From an uncultured Nitrososphaerota archaeon (lineage in GTDB: Archaea; Thermoproteota; EX4484-205; JAAOZP01), in the NCBI GenBank assembly GCA_964416155.1, contig CAYQCW010000002.1:76748-140747 (forward strand): DNA of 64,000 nt, given 5' to 3'. Both the position numbers and the translations under genes were made by a program. Position 1 is the first letter of the stretch; each line of letters begins with the position of its first letter. Shown here one piece after another: positions 17,737 through 27,369 of the stretch. The notes under the pieces are model-generated. The model saw only the letters and a list, made by a program, of their open reading frames with translations, ran no database searches and was not told the origin of the DNA.

Positions 17737-19380
17737 TCACATCGTCAAATACGCGTCAGCACGCGCTATACAAGCATCTATAAAGCCCTTGAAAAGTGGA
17801 GCGGGTTTAAGCGGTCGAGACTTAAACTCAGGATGCGCCTGCGTTGCTACAAAAAACGGGTGATTATCGAGCTCTATGAACTCCACAAGCCTACCGTCCG
17901 GAGAAACTCCGGAAAAAATCATCCCGTGGTTCTGAAGGTTTTCATGATACTTAGGGTTCACCTCGTATCGATGCCTATGTCTCTCGTAAACTATCGAAGC
18001 CCCCCCATAAAGCCTAGAGACAAGTGTCCCAGGTTTTAAAACAGCCGGGTATGCACCCAGCCTCATTGAAGCCCCATACCTTGATTCTTTCAATATTTCT
18101 TTCTGCTCCGGAAGAATGTCAATAACAGGGTGAGGCGTATCGGGGTCGAACTCCGTTGAATTAGCTCTTTCAAGGCCGATAACGTTTCTCGTGTACTCTA
18201 TGACAGCAAGCTGAAGCCCTAGACAGAGGCCCAAAAAAGGTATTTTCTTCACCCTAACATGGTTTATTGTAGCTATTTTACCTTCAATACCTTTTGTACC
18301 AAACCCGCCTGGGACAATCACCCCGTTAAGCTCGTCAAGAATCGAAAGCCTGTCAGAATCCTTTTCGAAGTCTGTCGAATCTATGAATTCGAATACTGGC
18401 CTCAAAAAATTGGTTGCGCAAGCATGTTTAACCGCCTCTATTACAGAAATATAAGCATCCGGAAGCCTGTACTCACCGATCTCAAAATATTTCCCGACTA
18501 TTCCTATCTTTACTTTCTGCGTAGCATTGTTTAAAGCGTCAACGAACTGCTTCCAGTCGTCAAGCTTAGGTTCCCTCAGCCCCATACCGAACTTCTCCAC
18601 GATCTTCTTTCCAAGGTTCTGCTGCTCAAATATTAATGGAAGCTCGTAAACGTTTTCCAAGTCGGGGTTTGAGATAATATGGTCTTTAGGCACGTTACAG
18701 AATATTGATATCTTCTCCTTCCTTACATCATCTATGAAGCCTTCAGCTCTGCAGATTATGAAATCCGGCTGTATCCCGAGTTCACCTAACTTTTCAACAG
18801 ATTGTTGAACCGGCTTAGTCTTCATCTCACCCAGGTGCCTTGGAATCGGAAGATACGCTACGTGTATGAATATCACCCTGTCTCCATCACCCTTCATCAT
18901 TCTCGCAGCCATGTAGTATATCTCACTCTGATACTCGCCGACTGTCCCTCCTATTTCGACAATGGTGAAGCCGGCTTCAGCCTCCTCAGCTGCAGCCCTT
19001 ATTCTGCGTTTTATCTCGTCAGTTATATGCGGAATAACCTCAACAGTCTTGCCTAAGTATTCACCCCTCCTCTCCCTCTCGATAATCGCCCCATATATCT
19101 GGCCGGTTGTAATATTGTTCCTCCTGGGAATGTTTATGTCCAGGAACCTTTCATAGTGTCCAAGGTCCTGGTCTATCTCCCCAGCGTCCTCAGTAACCCA
19201 GACCTCGCCGTGCTCAGTCGGCCTGAGAGTGCCAGCGTCATAATTAAGATAGGGATCTATTTTCACAGCTGTTACACGGTAACCCCTTGCCTGAAGAATC
19301 TTGCCTATCGAGGCCGCAGTAATACCTTTCCCTATGCCGCTGATAACCCCGCCGGTCACAAATATGTAGTTTGCACGCAT
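17737..19380 (-). CDS. pyrG: CTP synthase
   Basis: YIFVTGGVISGIGKG, KIDPYLN, KTKPVQ, GLCLGLQ, RHRHRYE and QAHPEF; ATG at 19380 preferred over the ORF-track start at 19452. Confidence 0.97.
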   Translation of the reverse strand: MRANYIFVTGGVISGIGKGITAASIGKILQARGYRVTAVKIDPYLNYDAGTLRPTEHGEVWVTEDAGEIDQDLGHYERFLDINIPRRNNITTGQIYGAIIERERRGEYLGKTVEVIPHITDEIKRRIRAAAEEAEAGFTIVEIGGTVGEYQSEIYYMAARMMKGDGDRVIFIHVAYLPIPRHLGEMKTKPVQQSVEKLGELGIQPDFIICRAEGFIDDVRKEKISIFCNVPKDHIISNPDLENVYELPLIFEQQNLGKKIVEKFGMGLREPKLDDWKQFVDALNNATQKVKIGIVGKYFEIGEYRLPDAYISVIEAVKHACATNFLRPVFEFIDSTDFEKDSDRLSILDELNGVIVPGGFGTKGIEGKIATINHVRVKKIPFLGLCLGLQLAVIEYTRNVIGLERANSTEFDPDTPHPVIDILPEQKEILKESRYGASMRLGAYPAVLKPGTLVSRLYGGASIVYERHRHRYEVNPKYHENLQNHGMIFSGVSPDGRLVEFIELDNHPFFVATQAHPEFKSRPLKPAPLFKGFIDACIARADAYLTM

Positions 19381-19488
19381 GACGGAAACCACAGTAACCC
19401 TGTAATAAGCCTTTCCTCTCGAATAGACGTGGTGAAAGAATGTCTGAAACAAAAAGTTTTTTAAGATTGGAATAATCCTGCAGACGCC

Positions 19489-20505
19489 TTGAGATTCCTC
19501 AGGTGTAAGGAAACAGCCCCGCGCATAAGAGGGAGGGTGGCAGTAATCGGTGCTGGACCAGCTGGGCTGACTGCAGCAGGCTCCTTGATCTGCGAAGGAG
19601 TTGAGGTTGATGTTTACGACATGCTGCCTGAGGCAGGTGGCCTACTCTTATTCGGCATCCCTGAGTTCAGAATACCGAAGAAGAGTGTCAGAGAGGGTGT
19701 GAAGGAGCTCGTTGAGAAAGGGGTTTACTTTCACCTTGGCAAGAAGGTTTACGACGCAGAGATCTTCGACGTGGATTTCAGCGAGATAGTAGAGAAATAC
19801 GACGCCACCCTGATAGCGACGGGAGCCTGGGAACCGCGTAGGCTGAAAGTTGAGGGAGAGGAGCTAGACGGCATTTTCCACGCAGCCCCATATATCGTAA
19901 AATACTATTTGACTAAGTTTGGCTACTCTCCGCCCTCAAGCCTTCCAAGCCTGGGAGCCTCCGTCGCAGTCATCGGAGCCGGCCTAACAGCCGTAGACTC
20001 GGCCCTTCTCGCCCTTGAAATCGGCGTTAAGGAGGTTTCGCTAGTGTACAGGAGGACTAGGAGAGAGGCTCCGGCGGGTGAAAAAGAGCTTAAAATGCTT
20101 GAGGACAAGGGTGTTGAAATAGTTGAGCTTAAGACCCCTGTCGGATTCAAGGGTGAAGACGGGAGGGTTAGGCAGATGATCACCATGGATATTAAGCTCG
20201 GTCCTCCTGACAAGAGTGGGAGACCCTCTCCCACACCTGTCCCCGGGTCTGAGAAAGCGTTTGAAGTCGACTCAGTAATAGTGGCGACAGGAGGGCGTTC
20301 CACACCTCCCTTCAAGAAATACTCGGACAGAATACATGTGGCTGAAGATGGTAGGATAATTGTGGACGACAAGAGGAGGACGAGTTGGAAAGGTGTTTTC
20401 GCAGCCGGAGACGTTGAATCAGGACCCTCTCTAATAGGGCCGGCTTTTAAATCAGGTTTGATCGCGGCAGAATCAATAAAGGAATACTTGGTTCAACGCA
20501 TGTAG
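19489..20505 (+). CDS. GltD/SudA-like FAD/NAD(P)H oxidoreductase lacking the N-terminal Fe-S domain
   Basis: IGAGPAGL, GGLLLFGIPEFR, IATGA, VYRR, PDKSGRPSP and FAAGD. Confidence 0.85.
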   Translation: MRFLRCKETAPRIRGRVAVIGAGPAGLTAAGSLICEGVEVDVYDMLPEAGGLLLFGIPEFRIPKKSVREGVKELVEKGVYFHLGKKVYDAEIFDVDFSEIVEKYDATLIATGAWEPRRLKVEGEELDGIFHAAPYIVKYYLTKFGYSPPSSLPSLGASVAVIGAGLTAVDSALLALEIGVKEVSLVYRRTRREAPAGEKELKMLEDKGVEIVELKTPVGFKGEDGRVRQMITMDIKLGPPDKSGRPSPTPVPGSEKAFEVDSVIVATGGRSTPPFKKYSDRIHVAEDGRIIVDDKRRTSWKGVFAAGDVESGPSLIGPAFKSGLIAAESIKEYLVQRM

Positions 20506-20557
20506 CGTTCCAAGCAGATTATTTTTCGAAACGATGGGCGCTTAAACAGGGACAGGT

Positions 20558-21619
20558 TTAGAAGTCCCATTCGACAGGAATTTCCCTATCCTCAACTGCA
20601 GACCTGTATATTGCTTCAAGAATAGCTTGAACCCTGACCCCCTCGATGGCCGGAGAGAACAGTGGCCTGCCTTCTTTAACCGACTCTATGAACTTCCGGA
20701 TTCTCATCTCATATATGTCTACGTTGGGCATCTGATCCTGTGGCCTAATCGTCACCCTAACGCCTTGAATCTCCTTATATATTTCGAATGGGTCTAGCTG
20801 GGCTCCGCCGCTCGACCCAAGTAGTTCAACGCTAAACCTGTCTCTATCTATGAACGAAGCCCAGTTCGTTTCAAGAAGCATTGTGAAACCGTTTTTAAAC
20901 TTGACCATGCTGAAAGCATTATCCTCAACCTCAAACTCCGCTGGGCCCCATGTTCCACCCCAGCAGCCCCGCCCAGCAATTTCAGGATTGTTTCCGAACT
21001 TTGTGTAAAACACTCCGAAGGCCGATTTAGGCCGAGGGAAATTCATGATATACATCGTGGAGTCAACGGCGTAGCAGCCTATGTCGAACAACGGGCCTGC
21101 CCCCGCAAGCTTCCTGCTTATGAAGGTTTTTCTCGGAGGTATGCCCCACCTTCTCAAAGCCATCGCCCTAGAATAGTAGATTTCACCGAGTTCACCTTCG
21201 TTAACCATGTTCCTCAACATGTTTAAATCAGGTTTAAACCTAGTCTGAAAGCCTACGATAAGGATTCCACCAGTCTTCCTAGACGTTTCATACATCTCCA
21301 ATGCATCCCTCAGGTTGCCAGCCATAGGCTTCTCCGTCAAAACATGCGCACCAGCCTTCAAAGCTGCGACAGCAGGATCCTTGTGGAACATGTTTGGGGT
21401 GCAGACGCTTACCGCGTCAAGCTCCTCCTTATCAAACATGTCGTTGAAATCCGCGTAGTAACGCGGTATTTTAAAATCCTCAGTTAAGCTTCTCGCAGCG
21501 TTAACATCAACGTCAGCACATGCAACGACTTCAACATCGCTAATCTTCCTATAGTGTGGAACATGGGTTCCCCTTGCTATTCCGCCGCAGCCAACTATAC
21601 CCACCCTGATCCTGCTCAT
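20558..21619 (-). CDS. Gfo/Idh/MocA-family oxidoreductase
   Basis: GIVGCGGIA, VCTPN, EKPMA and DIGCY. Confidence 0.92.
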   Translation of the reverse strand: MSRIRVGIVGCGGIARGTHVPHYRKISDVEVVACADVDVNAARSLTEDFKIPRYYADFNDMFDKEELDAVSVCTPNMFHKDPAVAALKAGAHVLTEKPMAGNLRDALEMYETSRKTGGILIVGFQTRFKPDLNMLRNMVNEGELGEIYYSRAMALRRWGIPPRKTFISRKLAGAGPLFDIGCYAVDSTMYIMNFPRPKSAFGVFYTKFGNNPEIAGRGCWGGTWGPAEFEVEDNAFSMVKFKNGFTMLLETNWASFIDRDRFSVELLGSSGGAQLDPFEIYKEIQGVRVTIRPQDQMPNVDIYEMRIRKFIESVKEGRPLFSPAIEGVRVQAILEAIYRSAVEDREIPVEWDF

Positions 21620-21960
21620 TTCAACCCGGGGGAGAAAGAGGTTTTTAATAAGATTTACTGAAGCCTCTTTTTCAGCAGTAGAGTTTGAAATTCTCTACGT
21701 CTCGACGCGGAGGCTTCCGGTTCGTCGCCCCTGTAGGCTCATCTTGCTGGGTTAGGACTGTCAAGCCGGCACCTGCTATACGCGTGTAGCACATGGCCCG
21801 CTTCATAATGCGCAACACATATTGTAGTCAGCATTGCAACACGCTGAGTAAGAGCTAAAAAGCATAGAATTAATGTTTATGTTGCAAGCATCGCACGCCA
21901 TGCGGTGATCTTCTAAACATGTTTAGAAGAAAGTAGAGTTTAAAAGCTGCGGGCTATCCC

Positions 21961-23205
21961 TTGATGCTTCTGATGGCTGGCAATGAAAACAAGAAGAAGC
22001 TAAGACTGATGTATGGGAGGGTTTTCACCAGCTCTCTAAGCAACAGCATGGTCTTCCCATTCATTTATGTTTACGCCGCCAGAATCGGGGCCTCCCCGGG
22101 AGAAATAGGCTGGATGCATTCTTTCAACAACCTTTTCGTCAACAGCCTCCAAGTACCTTGGGGAAGGCTCAGCGACATGCTTGGGAGAAGGGTCAGCATG
22201 ATAGTTGTCACAAGCATCGCAGCATCGCTCATCTGGATACCTATGGCTTTGACGGCTGAGCCGAAAACATTTCTAATCCTTGTTGCACTATGCTTCTTCC
22301 TGAGCTCAGCCGCAGTCCCTGCTTGGAACGCTCTTTTAAGAGAGACGACGCAGCCCTCCTCGAGAAGCATAGTGGTTTCAAACATGAACATCGCCTCTCT
22401 TCTTGGAAGCCTGGTTGCAACAGCATTCTCAGGATGGCTTATAGACTACTCAGGGGGGAGCCTTCTAGCACCCTCGGCAATAGGGGTTTCCGTAAGCCTA
22501 CCAGGGTCCCTAATACTCTTAAGGATAAAGGAGGGCAGGATTCGCAAAACCAGTTTCAAAAGCATCATGTCCACATTCAGAATCTCCGACATACCCAGTT
22601 TAATAAACGAGAGCAGTGATTTCAAGCTCTTCCTAAAAATGTCAGCATTACAAGGTTTCTTCATGTCTCTAGCTTGGCCCCTTTTCACAATCACTACCGC
22701 GACAATCCTTAACCTAAGCATGACTGAGGTTGGAGCCATCTCGGTGATTCAAACAATCGCCACGCTAATAGCTCAACCCTTCATGGGACGCCTAGCCACC
22801 GTAAAGGGCAAAAAGCCCCTAATAGTCCTATATTATGTTTCGCTCACCGCAGTGCCATTAGCATACTGTTTCGCACAAAGCTTTCTCCACCTTGCTATTC
22901 TTAGCGTTTACCTCGGCACCATGTTGGCCGTGGGTAACGCGACAATCCTCCCCTATATTCTAGACATTATTCCTGAAGACCGTGTTGGTGAGCTGACTTC
23001 CATATACAACATGGTAACTGGAATATCGTATTTCACGGGCTCGGCTGTCGGAGGGAACATGGAGGAGTTCATGAGCCTCCGTTTCGGGAGGCAGTTGAGC
23101 CTTCAAATAGGATACTTCATTTCCGCAGCCGGAAGGCTTGTTTCAGGATTCTTCTTTATCAGGATGAATAAGCCCTCTACTAGAAAGGTTGGGAAAAACG
23201 GCTGA
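21961..23205 (+). CDS. MFS transporter
   Basis: GRLSDMLGRR motif A, 12 TM segments. Confidence 0.92.
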   Translation: MMLLMAGNENKKKLRLMYGRVFTSSLSNSMVFPFIYVYAARIGASPGEIGWMHSFNNLFVNSLQVPWGRLSDMLGRRVSMIVVTSIAASLIWIPMALTAEPKTFLILVALCFFLSSAAVPAWNALLRETTQPSSRSIVVSNMNIASLLGSLVATAFSGWLIDYSGGSLLAPSAIGVSVSLPGSLILLRIKEGRIRKTSFKSIMSTFRISDIPSLINESSDFKLFLKMSALQGFFMSLAWPLFTITTATILNLSMTEVGAISVIQTIATLIAQPFMGRLATVKGKKPLIVLYYVSLTAVPLAYCFAQSFLHLAILSVYLGTMLAVGNATILPYILDIIPEDRVGELTSIYNMVTGISYFTGSAVGGNMEEFMSLRFGRQLSLQIGYFISAAGRLVSGFFFIRMNKPSTRKVGKNG

Positions 23206-23301
23206 GCTGCCATCACAGGATTTCAGGCCTTTAGGAACAGTTATTCTCTGAAAATCCGGCTGCTCGCAACCATATTCGGCACCCGGCCGTTACCAGAGTC
23301 A

Positions 23302-24240
23302 TTAGAAGAAGTCTACCGACAATTTTTTGAGAACACTATCTATCTCCATGAGCTCCTGCTCGCTCAGCCTCCAGCCTGCTGCGCCAGCATTCTCCTCAGC
23401 CTGCACAGGGTTCTTCGCCCCAGGTATCGGGACAACATTCTCCTCTCTCAGCAGCCAGTTCATAGCGACCTGAGCAATAGTCTTGCCCCTTACCTTGGCA
23501 ATCTTCTCCAAGACTTTCAGGAGACGGCTTATCTCAGCAAGGTTCTCGTCCATGAAAAGCTTGTTCCCTCCTCTAATACTGTCCGAAGGCTTATTGCTTA
23601 AACAATACTTTCCGGTTAACGCGCCCTGAGCAAGAGGACTATACGCGATCACCGTTATGTTCTCCCTCCTGCAGTAGGGCAGAACCTCCTCCTCAATCTC
23701 CCGCTGCAGCATGTTATACCTAACCTGGTTTGAAACGATGCTTGGTTCAGACAAGTGTCTCCTTGCCTCCTCCAAGTCTCTGACGGCGAAATTGCTAACA
23801 CCGATGGCTCTTATCTTACCCTCCTTATAAAGCCTCTCCATGGCGTGCATAGTATGCTTCAGCGGAACCTGCTCCCACGGGTCCGGCCAGTGAACCTGGT
23901 AAAGGTCTATCTCTCTTACTCCAAGCCTCCTTAAACTGTGTTCAGCAGCCTTTAAAACATCGTTGTACCTTAAGTGCCCGCCGTGAACCTTGGTGGCGAT
24001 GACAAGGTTCTCTCTTCCAACCTCCCTTACGGCTCTGGCAACAACCTCTTCAGAATGACCTCCACCGTATGCTTCGGCAGTATCTATGAGGTTAACCCCG
24101 AGCTCGTGAGCCCTGACTATCGCCCTTACTATCTGATCGTCCTCAACATCAGCACCCCAGGCTTTCCCACTCGCCTGCCAAGCACCCAAGCCTACTACAG
24201 AGACCTTTAAACCGCTCCTACCCAGCTCAACATACTCCAA
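23302..24240 (-). CDS. aldo/keto reductase
   Basis: IDTAEAYG, IATK, LYQVHWP, IGVSNF, YSPLAQG and PIPG. Confidence 0.95.
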   Translation of the reverse strand: MEYVELGRSGLKVSVVGLGAWQASGKAWGADVEDDQIVRAIVRAHELGVNLIDTAEAYGGGHSEEVVARAVREVGRENLVIATKVHGGHLRYNDVLKAAEHSLRRLGVREIDLYQVHWPDPWEQVPLKHTMHAMERLYKEGKIRAIGVSNFAVRDLEEARRHLSEPSIVSNQVRYNMLQREIEEEVLPYCRRENITVIAYSPLAQGALTGKYCLSNKPSDSIRGGNKLFMDENLAEISRLLKVLEKIAKVRGKTIAQVAMNWLLREENVVPIPGAKNPVQAEENAGAAGWRLSEQELMEIDSVLKKLSVDFF

Positions 24241-24407
24241 CGGGCATCACTATTTTTAAAACAACACTAACCTTATTAAAGGTTCTACGAACATTAAGAA
24301 TTCTAAACTATTTTTAAACACATTTAAACCATATTATAAAAAAGGGCGTTAAGCGCATGGAATTGTTTTATTATGATTGAAAAATAAGTTTATAAGGAAA
24401 GCCTGAA

Positions 24408-25247
24408 ATGCCCATATGGAACATGGAGGAGAAGCCTGTTAAAAACCTCGGCGGTGGAAAGATCGAGAGGCTTAACCCGAAGGAAGTGTTATGCGCTGAG
24501 CAGCATCCTGAAGCCGAGCTCATCGAGATCTCTGTAAAGGCTAGAACCCCGGGGGTTTTCACAAAGATTTTTAAGACTTTTTATGAAAGAAGGGTTAGGC
24601 TTTTCTCTGGTTTCTACACGGTGAGCAGGGAGGGCGACAATGTTCTCATAGGCGCTTTCATAGATATTTCAAACAGTGATGCTCGGGCAAAGGACATCGC
24701 CACGGATCTGGAGAGCATTGAAGGAGTCTTAGAGGTTAATTTTTCCGAGAAAAGGTTTAGCGGGCTGATTATAGATACCTTACACTTCCCACTTCTGGTT
24801 TCCGGCGAGAGGAGCTTCACGTTCAGGGTTGAAACCTTTGGAAGAATTGTCGAGAGTCTCTACGAGAAGTTTGGAACCGGGGCGGCTGTCGTGCTATACC
24901 AGATGGGAGTGTCAGCCGGGGAAGACAAGGCGAGAAGCGTTTTGAACAAGCATCGCGCGAGTAGGCTGGACGTTTTAAAGCTGATACTGGCGGAGAGGAT
25001 TGCTAAAGGCTGGTGTATGGCTGAAATAGTGGAGTTCAACAATGGGGGAGCAACACTGATAGTTAGAGAATTGTTCGAATGCCTGCCTTTCAAAGGGAAG
25101 AGGGGGGAGGCTTTCAGCCAGTTCTTCAGAGGATATTTAGCAGGGGTGTTTGAACACATTTTAAACACAAGCGTAAGCGTAGTGGAGGCCGAGTGTATCG
25201 CTAAGGGCGATCCCGCATGCAGGTTTATTGTTCAAGCCAGGCGTTAG
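24408..25247 (+). CDS. ACT-like plus V4R domain protein (ligand-binding sensor)
   Basis: C-terminal ELFEC...FFRGYLAG...EAECIAKGDPACRF V4R signature; N-terminal ACT-like region. Confidence 0.85.
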   Translation: MPIWNMEEKPVKNLGGGKIERLNPKEVLCAEQHPEAELIEISVKARTPGVFTKIFKTFYERRVRLFSGFYTVSREGDNVLIGAFIDISNSDARAKDIATDLESIEGVLEVNFSEKRFSGLIIDTLHFPLLVSGERSFTFRVETFGRIVESLYEKFGTGAAVVLYQMGVSAGEDKARSVLNKHRASRLDVLKLILAERIAKGWCMAEIVEFNNGGATLIVRELFECLPFKGKRGEAFSQFFRGYLAGVFEHILNTSVSVVEAECIAKGDPACRFIVQARR

Positions 25248-25314
25248 AAAACCCTCGGGCTAAGAACCGTTAACATCTCTAAAGTTTATATTTTCCACAG
25301 GGTTATGGCTGCTC

Positions 25315-26850
25315 ATGTTTCCAGAGGGTTTTCTCTGGGGGGTTTCAGAAGCAGGCTTCCAGTTTGAAATGGGCAACCCTGTCGGCGAAAACCTGGACCC
25401 GAATACTGACTGGTTTAAATGGGTCCACGATCCAGTAAACTTGAGAAGCAAGATTGTTAGCGGCGATCTTCCTGAGAACGGGGTAGACTACTGGGAGCTT
25501 TACGACGCTGACCATGAGCTTGCTAAGGGACTGGGCATGAATGCTTACAGGCTTGGAGTAGAGTGGAGCAGAATATTTCCCAAGAATACTTTTGAAATCA
25601 GGGTTGACGTGGAGACTAAGCATGAGAGGATAGTTAGAATCGACATCGACGATAAGGCTCTGGAGAGGCTTGAAAACCTGGCTAGCGCGGATGCTTTAAA
25701 CCGTTACGAGAGGATTATTGACAATCTTAGGGAGAAAGGGTTTAAGGTGATAGTATGCTTAAACCACTTCACCCTTCCAATTTGGGTTCACGACCCGATT
25801 GCTGCGAGGGCCTCAGGTTTAAAAAAGGGCCCTAGGGGCTGGTATGATCAGGAGACGATCGTAGAGTTCTCGAAGTATGCTGCATTCTTAGCTTGGAGGC
25901 TTGGAGGTAAGGTTGACATGTGGGCTACTTTCAATGAGCCGAATGTCGTTGCGGAGATGGGCTATTTCATGGCTGGAAGCGGGTTTCCGCCAAGCGTTAG
26001 AACAAACGCTTTAAACTCTTTTAAAAATTTTAAACGTGTCTTGACGAATATGATTGTTGCACATGCAAGGGCTTTCGAAGCCGTGAAGAAGCTTGACTGT
26101 CAACGGGTTGATCCCGATAGTCCACTTTCAGCATCGATAGGCGTTATTCAACACGTCATCCCAGTGATGCCGCTAGACTCTTCCAGAGAGGAGGATTCGC
26201 ATGCTTCACGTTTCCTTAGGCATGTTCACAACAACCTGTTCATACAGGCAGTCTCATCAGGATGGGTTGATACGAATCTCGACATGATTAGGGAGGGTGA
26301 AGAGCTTGAAAAACATCTTGAGGGGAAGCTGGACTGGCTTGGAGTAAACTATTACACGCGGATGGTTGTGAAGGGAAGGAAGTCTCTTCTTGCAAGGCTA
26401 TTCATGGGCATTCAGGGGATTCCGGAGATTATGGAGGGCTACGGCTTAACCTGCAAGGCTAAAGATGTTTCTCGTGACGGTAGGCCCACTTCGGATTTCG
26501 GCTGGGAACTTTACCCGGAGGGGCTTGCGGAGACGCTTGTCGAAATGTCTAAATACGGTAGACCCATGTTCATCACGGAAAACGGTGTCGCCGACTCTGA
26601 AGACACGCTTAGGCCGAGGTATATTGTTGAACACCTGCGGGTTCTCGAGGAGATTGTCAGCAGGAAAAGTGTCGACGTAAGAGGATATTTCCACTGGGCT
26701 TTGACTGACAACTATGAGTGGGCACAGGGGTTCAGCATGAGGTTTGGGCTCTACAGCGTCAACCTGGACACTAAGAAAAGAACCCCTAGGAAAAGCAGTG
26801 TGGAAACCCTTAGAAGGATCGTTCAGAACAGGACGGCGGGCAGCGTATGA
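25315..26850 (+). CDS. GH1 beta-glycosidase/beta-mannosidase (archaeal LacS/CelB/BmnA type)
   Basis: FPEGFLWG, GFQFEMG, TFNEP (acid/base), ITENG (nucleophile) and DNYEW. Confidence 0.95.
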   Translation: MFPEGFLWGVSEAGFQFEMGNPVGENLDPNTDWFKWVHDPVNLRSKIVSGDLPENGVDYWELYDADHELAKGLGMNAYRLGVEWSRIFPKNTFEIRVDVETKHERIVRIDIDDKALERLENLASADALNRYERIIDNLREKGFKVIVCLNHFTLPIWVHDPIAARASGLKKGPRGWYDQETIVEFSKYAAFLAWRLGGKVDMWATFNEPNVVAEMGYFMAGSGFPPSVRTNALNSFKNFKRVLTNMIVAHARAFEAVKKLDCQRVDPDSPLSASIGVIQHVIPVMPLDSSREEDSHASRFLRHVHNNLFIQAVSSGWVDTNLDMIREGEELEKHLEGKLDWLGVNYYTRMVVKGRKSLLARLFMGIQGIPEIMEGYGLTCKAKDVSRDGRPTSDFGWELYPEGLAETLVEMSKYGRPMFITENGVADSEDTLRPRYIVEHLRVLEEIVSRKSVDVRGYFHWALTDNYEWAQGFSMRFGLYSVNLDTKKRTPRKSSVETLRRIVQNRTAGSV

Positions 26851-26872
26851 TAGTTTCTCCCAGGTTTGGGAA

Positions 26873-27253
26873 ATGAGCAATAGGAAGCCGATCTATGTTA
26901 TTCAAAAGCATGCTGCCACCCACCTCCACTACGACTTAAGGCTTGAAATGGACGGTGTTCTGAAAAGCTGGGCCGTACCCAAGGAGCCGGAGGACAGGCC
27001 TGGTGTGAAAAGACTAGTGATACAGGTTGAGGATCATCCTATAGAATATTCCGAGTTTGAGGGAGTAATACCTGAAGGCCAATATGGCGCGGGCAGGGTT
27101 GAAAAATGGGATTACGGGGATTATGAGCTCGTTAAGAGGACGGATAGAAGCATAGAGGTTGAAATACATGGGAAGCGTCTTAGGGGACGCTTCATCCTGA
27201 TGAGGTTTGAGAAGGCTGGGGAAAAAGCTTGGCTCTTCTTTAAGAAGAAATGA
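26873..27253 (+). CDS. stand-alone LigD 3'-phosphoesterase (PE) domain protein
   Basis: YVIQKHAATHLHYDLRLE, SWAVPK, EDHPIEY, FEGVIPEGQYGAG and WDYG. Confidence 0.92.
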   Translation: MSNRKPIYVIQKHAATHLHYDLRLEMDGVLKSWAVPKEPEDRPGVKRLVIQVEDHPIEYSEFEGVIPEGQYGAGRVEKWDYGDYELVKRTDRSIEVEIHGKRLRGRFILMRFEKAGEKAWLFFKKK

Positions 27254-27369
27254 TGATTACCTAGGCATACAGGCTTAACGATTCCAACACTTGAACCCTT
27301 TTCGCCAAAGCTTTCCCCAAGCCAAGTTTTATAACTTTGCATGCGATGAGAAAACGGTGGTTTAAGGAA

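Noticed and set aside
21720-21760. Hammerhead-, fluoride- or c-di-AMP-riboswitch-like words (GATGAGCCTAC, GACAG..CTAACC) on the minus strand
   Set aside because: The required companion motifs (CUGANGA/GAAA, GGNGAUGG, GCUGAA) are absent; kept only as an unassigned structured region
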